A stretch of 21,058 nt of DNA, from assembly GCF_006345805.1 (NCBI RefSeq), contig NW_021823807.1, positions 1-21,058 on the forward strand, in the 5' to 3' direction. The notes under the pieces are model-generated. The model saw only the letters and a program-made list of their open reading frames with translations, searched no databases and was not told the DNA's origin. Below, piece by piece: positions 20,030-21,058 of the stretch (positions are counted from its first letter, which is position 1; each line of letters starts with the position of its first letter). The stretch comes from Octopus sinensis (Eukaryota). The position numbers and the translations under genes were made by a program.

Positions 20030-20660
20030 CTTATGTATATATATATATATATATATATATGCGTATCTTTGTGTGTGTTTGCATTTGTTCTGTGTTTCAG
20101 TTGCTATTGTATAAATTCGCTTCTGTGTGATTTCTTTTCATTATATAATTGTCGACATTTTTGCACCAATGCAACTTCGGTTTAAAACGTCTCTAAGAAC
20201 TCATTATATGGACATCTGCCACATGTGTGTTGGTGAATGTGCACCTTCGTGTGTGTGTATGTGTGTGTGAGCATCTGTTTTTGTATTTGAATAGATGCTT
20301 GTGTGTGTATGTGCATGTACATCTATCTATCTTTATCTATCTATCTGTCAGTTTGTGTCTGCCTTTCTCTTTGTCTGTCTTTGTCTGTCCGTCTGTCTAT
20401 CTGTCTCTCTCCCTCTCTCTATATATATGTGTGTGTGTATGTGTGTGTGTAGATAGATAGACAGATACACAGACTTACACATACACTCATATAAGTGATT
20501 GCTTATATTCATGTATCTTTACATCTTAGAATATGGATGTATGCATTTGTATGTGTGTGTGCATACACCTATGAATGTGTGTATTTATGTATATATGCGT
20601 ATATGTGTGTATATATGTACTTATGTATATTTACACATATACATGTATGAATGCATTTTA
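20030..20660. repeat. Mixed (TA)/(TG)/(TCTA)/(TATG) microsatellite-rich tract
   Basis: Direct reading. Confidence 0.8.
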
Positions 20661-21058
20661 TCTGCAAAACTGCACTAACTGAAGAAAAAACAAAAAAAAA
20701 ATTGACAGAGGTGCCCCAACATAGGATTGATACAAGAACCATGCGATTGCAAAGCAGCCTACTTAACCACACAGCTATACTCATGCTTGTTACATAAGTA
20801 CATGTATGAATGTGTGCATGTGTGTGTGCTGCACATATGTGTATGTTTGTGTTTCTCTGTGCATGTCTATGCATGAGATCTATACTGTTTATTTATGCAT
20901 GCATGTATGTTAAATCACCATTTATTTCTGTCTCTTGTATATGTCTTTATCTATTGTATACATAAACTAAATACCTGCAGATTCTGGATTCTTAATTGTG
21001 CAATTAGGCTGCATCAGGCAACCAAATTTCTTCTTTAAAGGCACCAGTTACCAATCTT

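Noticed and set aside
20975-21058. Open plus-strand frame after CTGCAG at the window end (SGFLIVQLGCIRQPNFFFKGTSYQS)
   Set aside because: The polypyrimidine tract is weak, the peptide is unrecognised, and it is truncated by the window edge.

Overview
AT-rich eukaryotic non-coding DNA with no host gene I can support. It is most likely an Octopus/cephalopod intron or intergenic region, inferred from my recall of its SINE families and from its microsatellite load. Most of the window is microsatellites, tRNA-derived SINEs, RTE LINE 3' fragments, and decayed mariner and DD41D Tc1/mariner transposons plus a MITE. Nearly all listed ORFs are microsatellite or repeat artefacts. The main signal is a family of ORF-less repeats of about 455-500 bp carrying type I hammerhead ribozymes. 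(1) At 1033-2361 about 2.6 units sit in a (TA)n tract as two direct copies plus one inverted copy, with a junction resembling twin priming. (2) At 18484-18981 a strongly diverged relative keeps the hammerhead and other helices through compensatory changes, and its 5' end lies at the predicted self-cleavage site. (3) At 3352-3389 there is a decayed minimal hammerhead of an unrelated repeat. Together these look like a retrozyme or Penelope-pLTR-like self-cleaving, possibly circular, RNA retroelement. Alignments and folds were done by eye, so boundaries may be off by a few bases.
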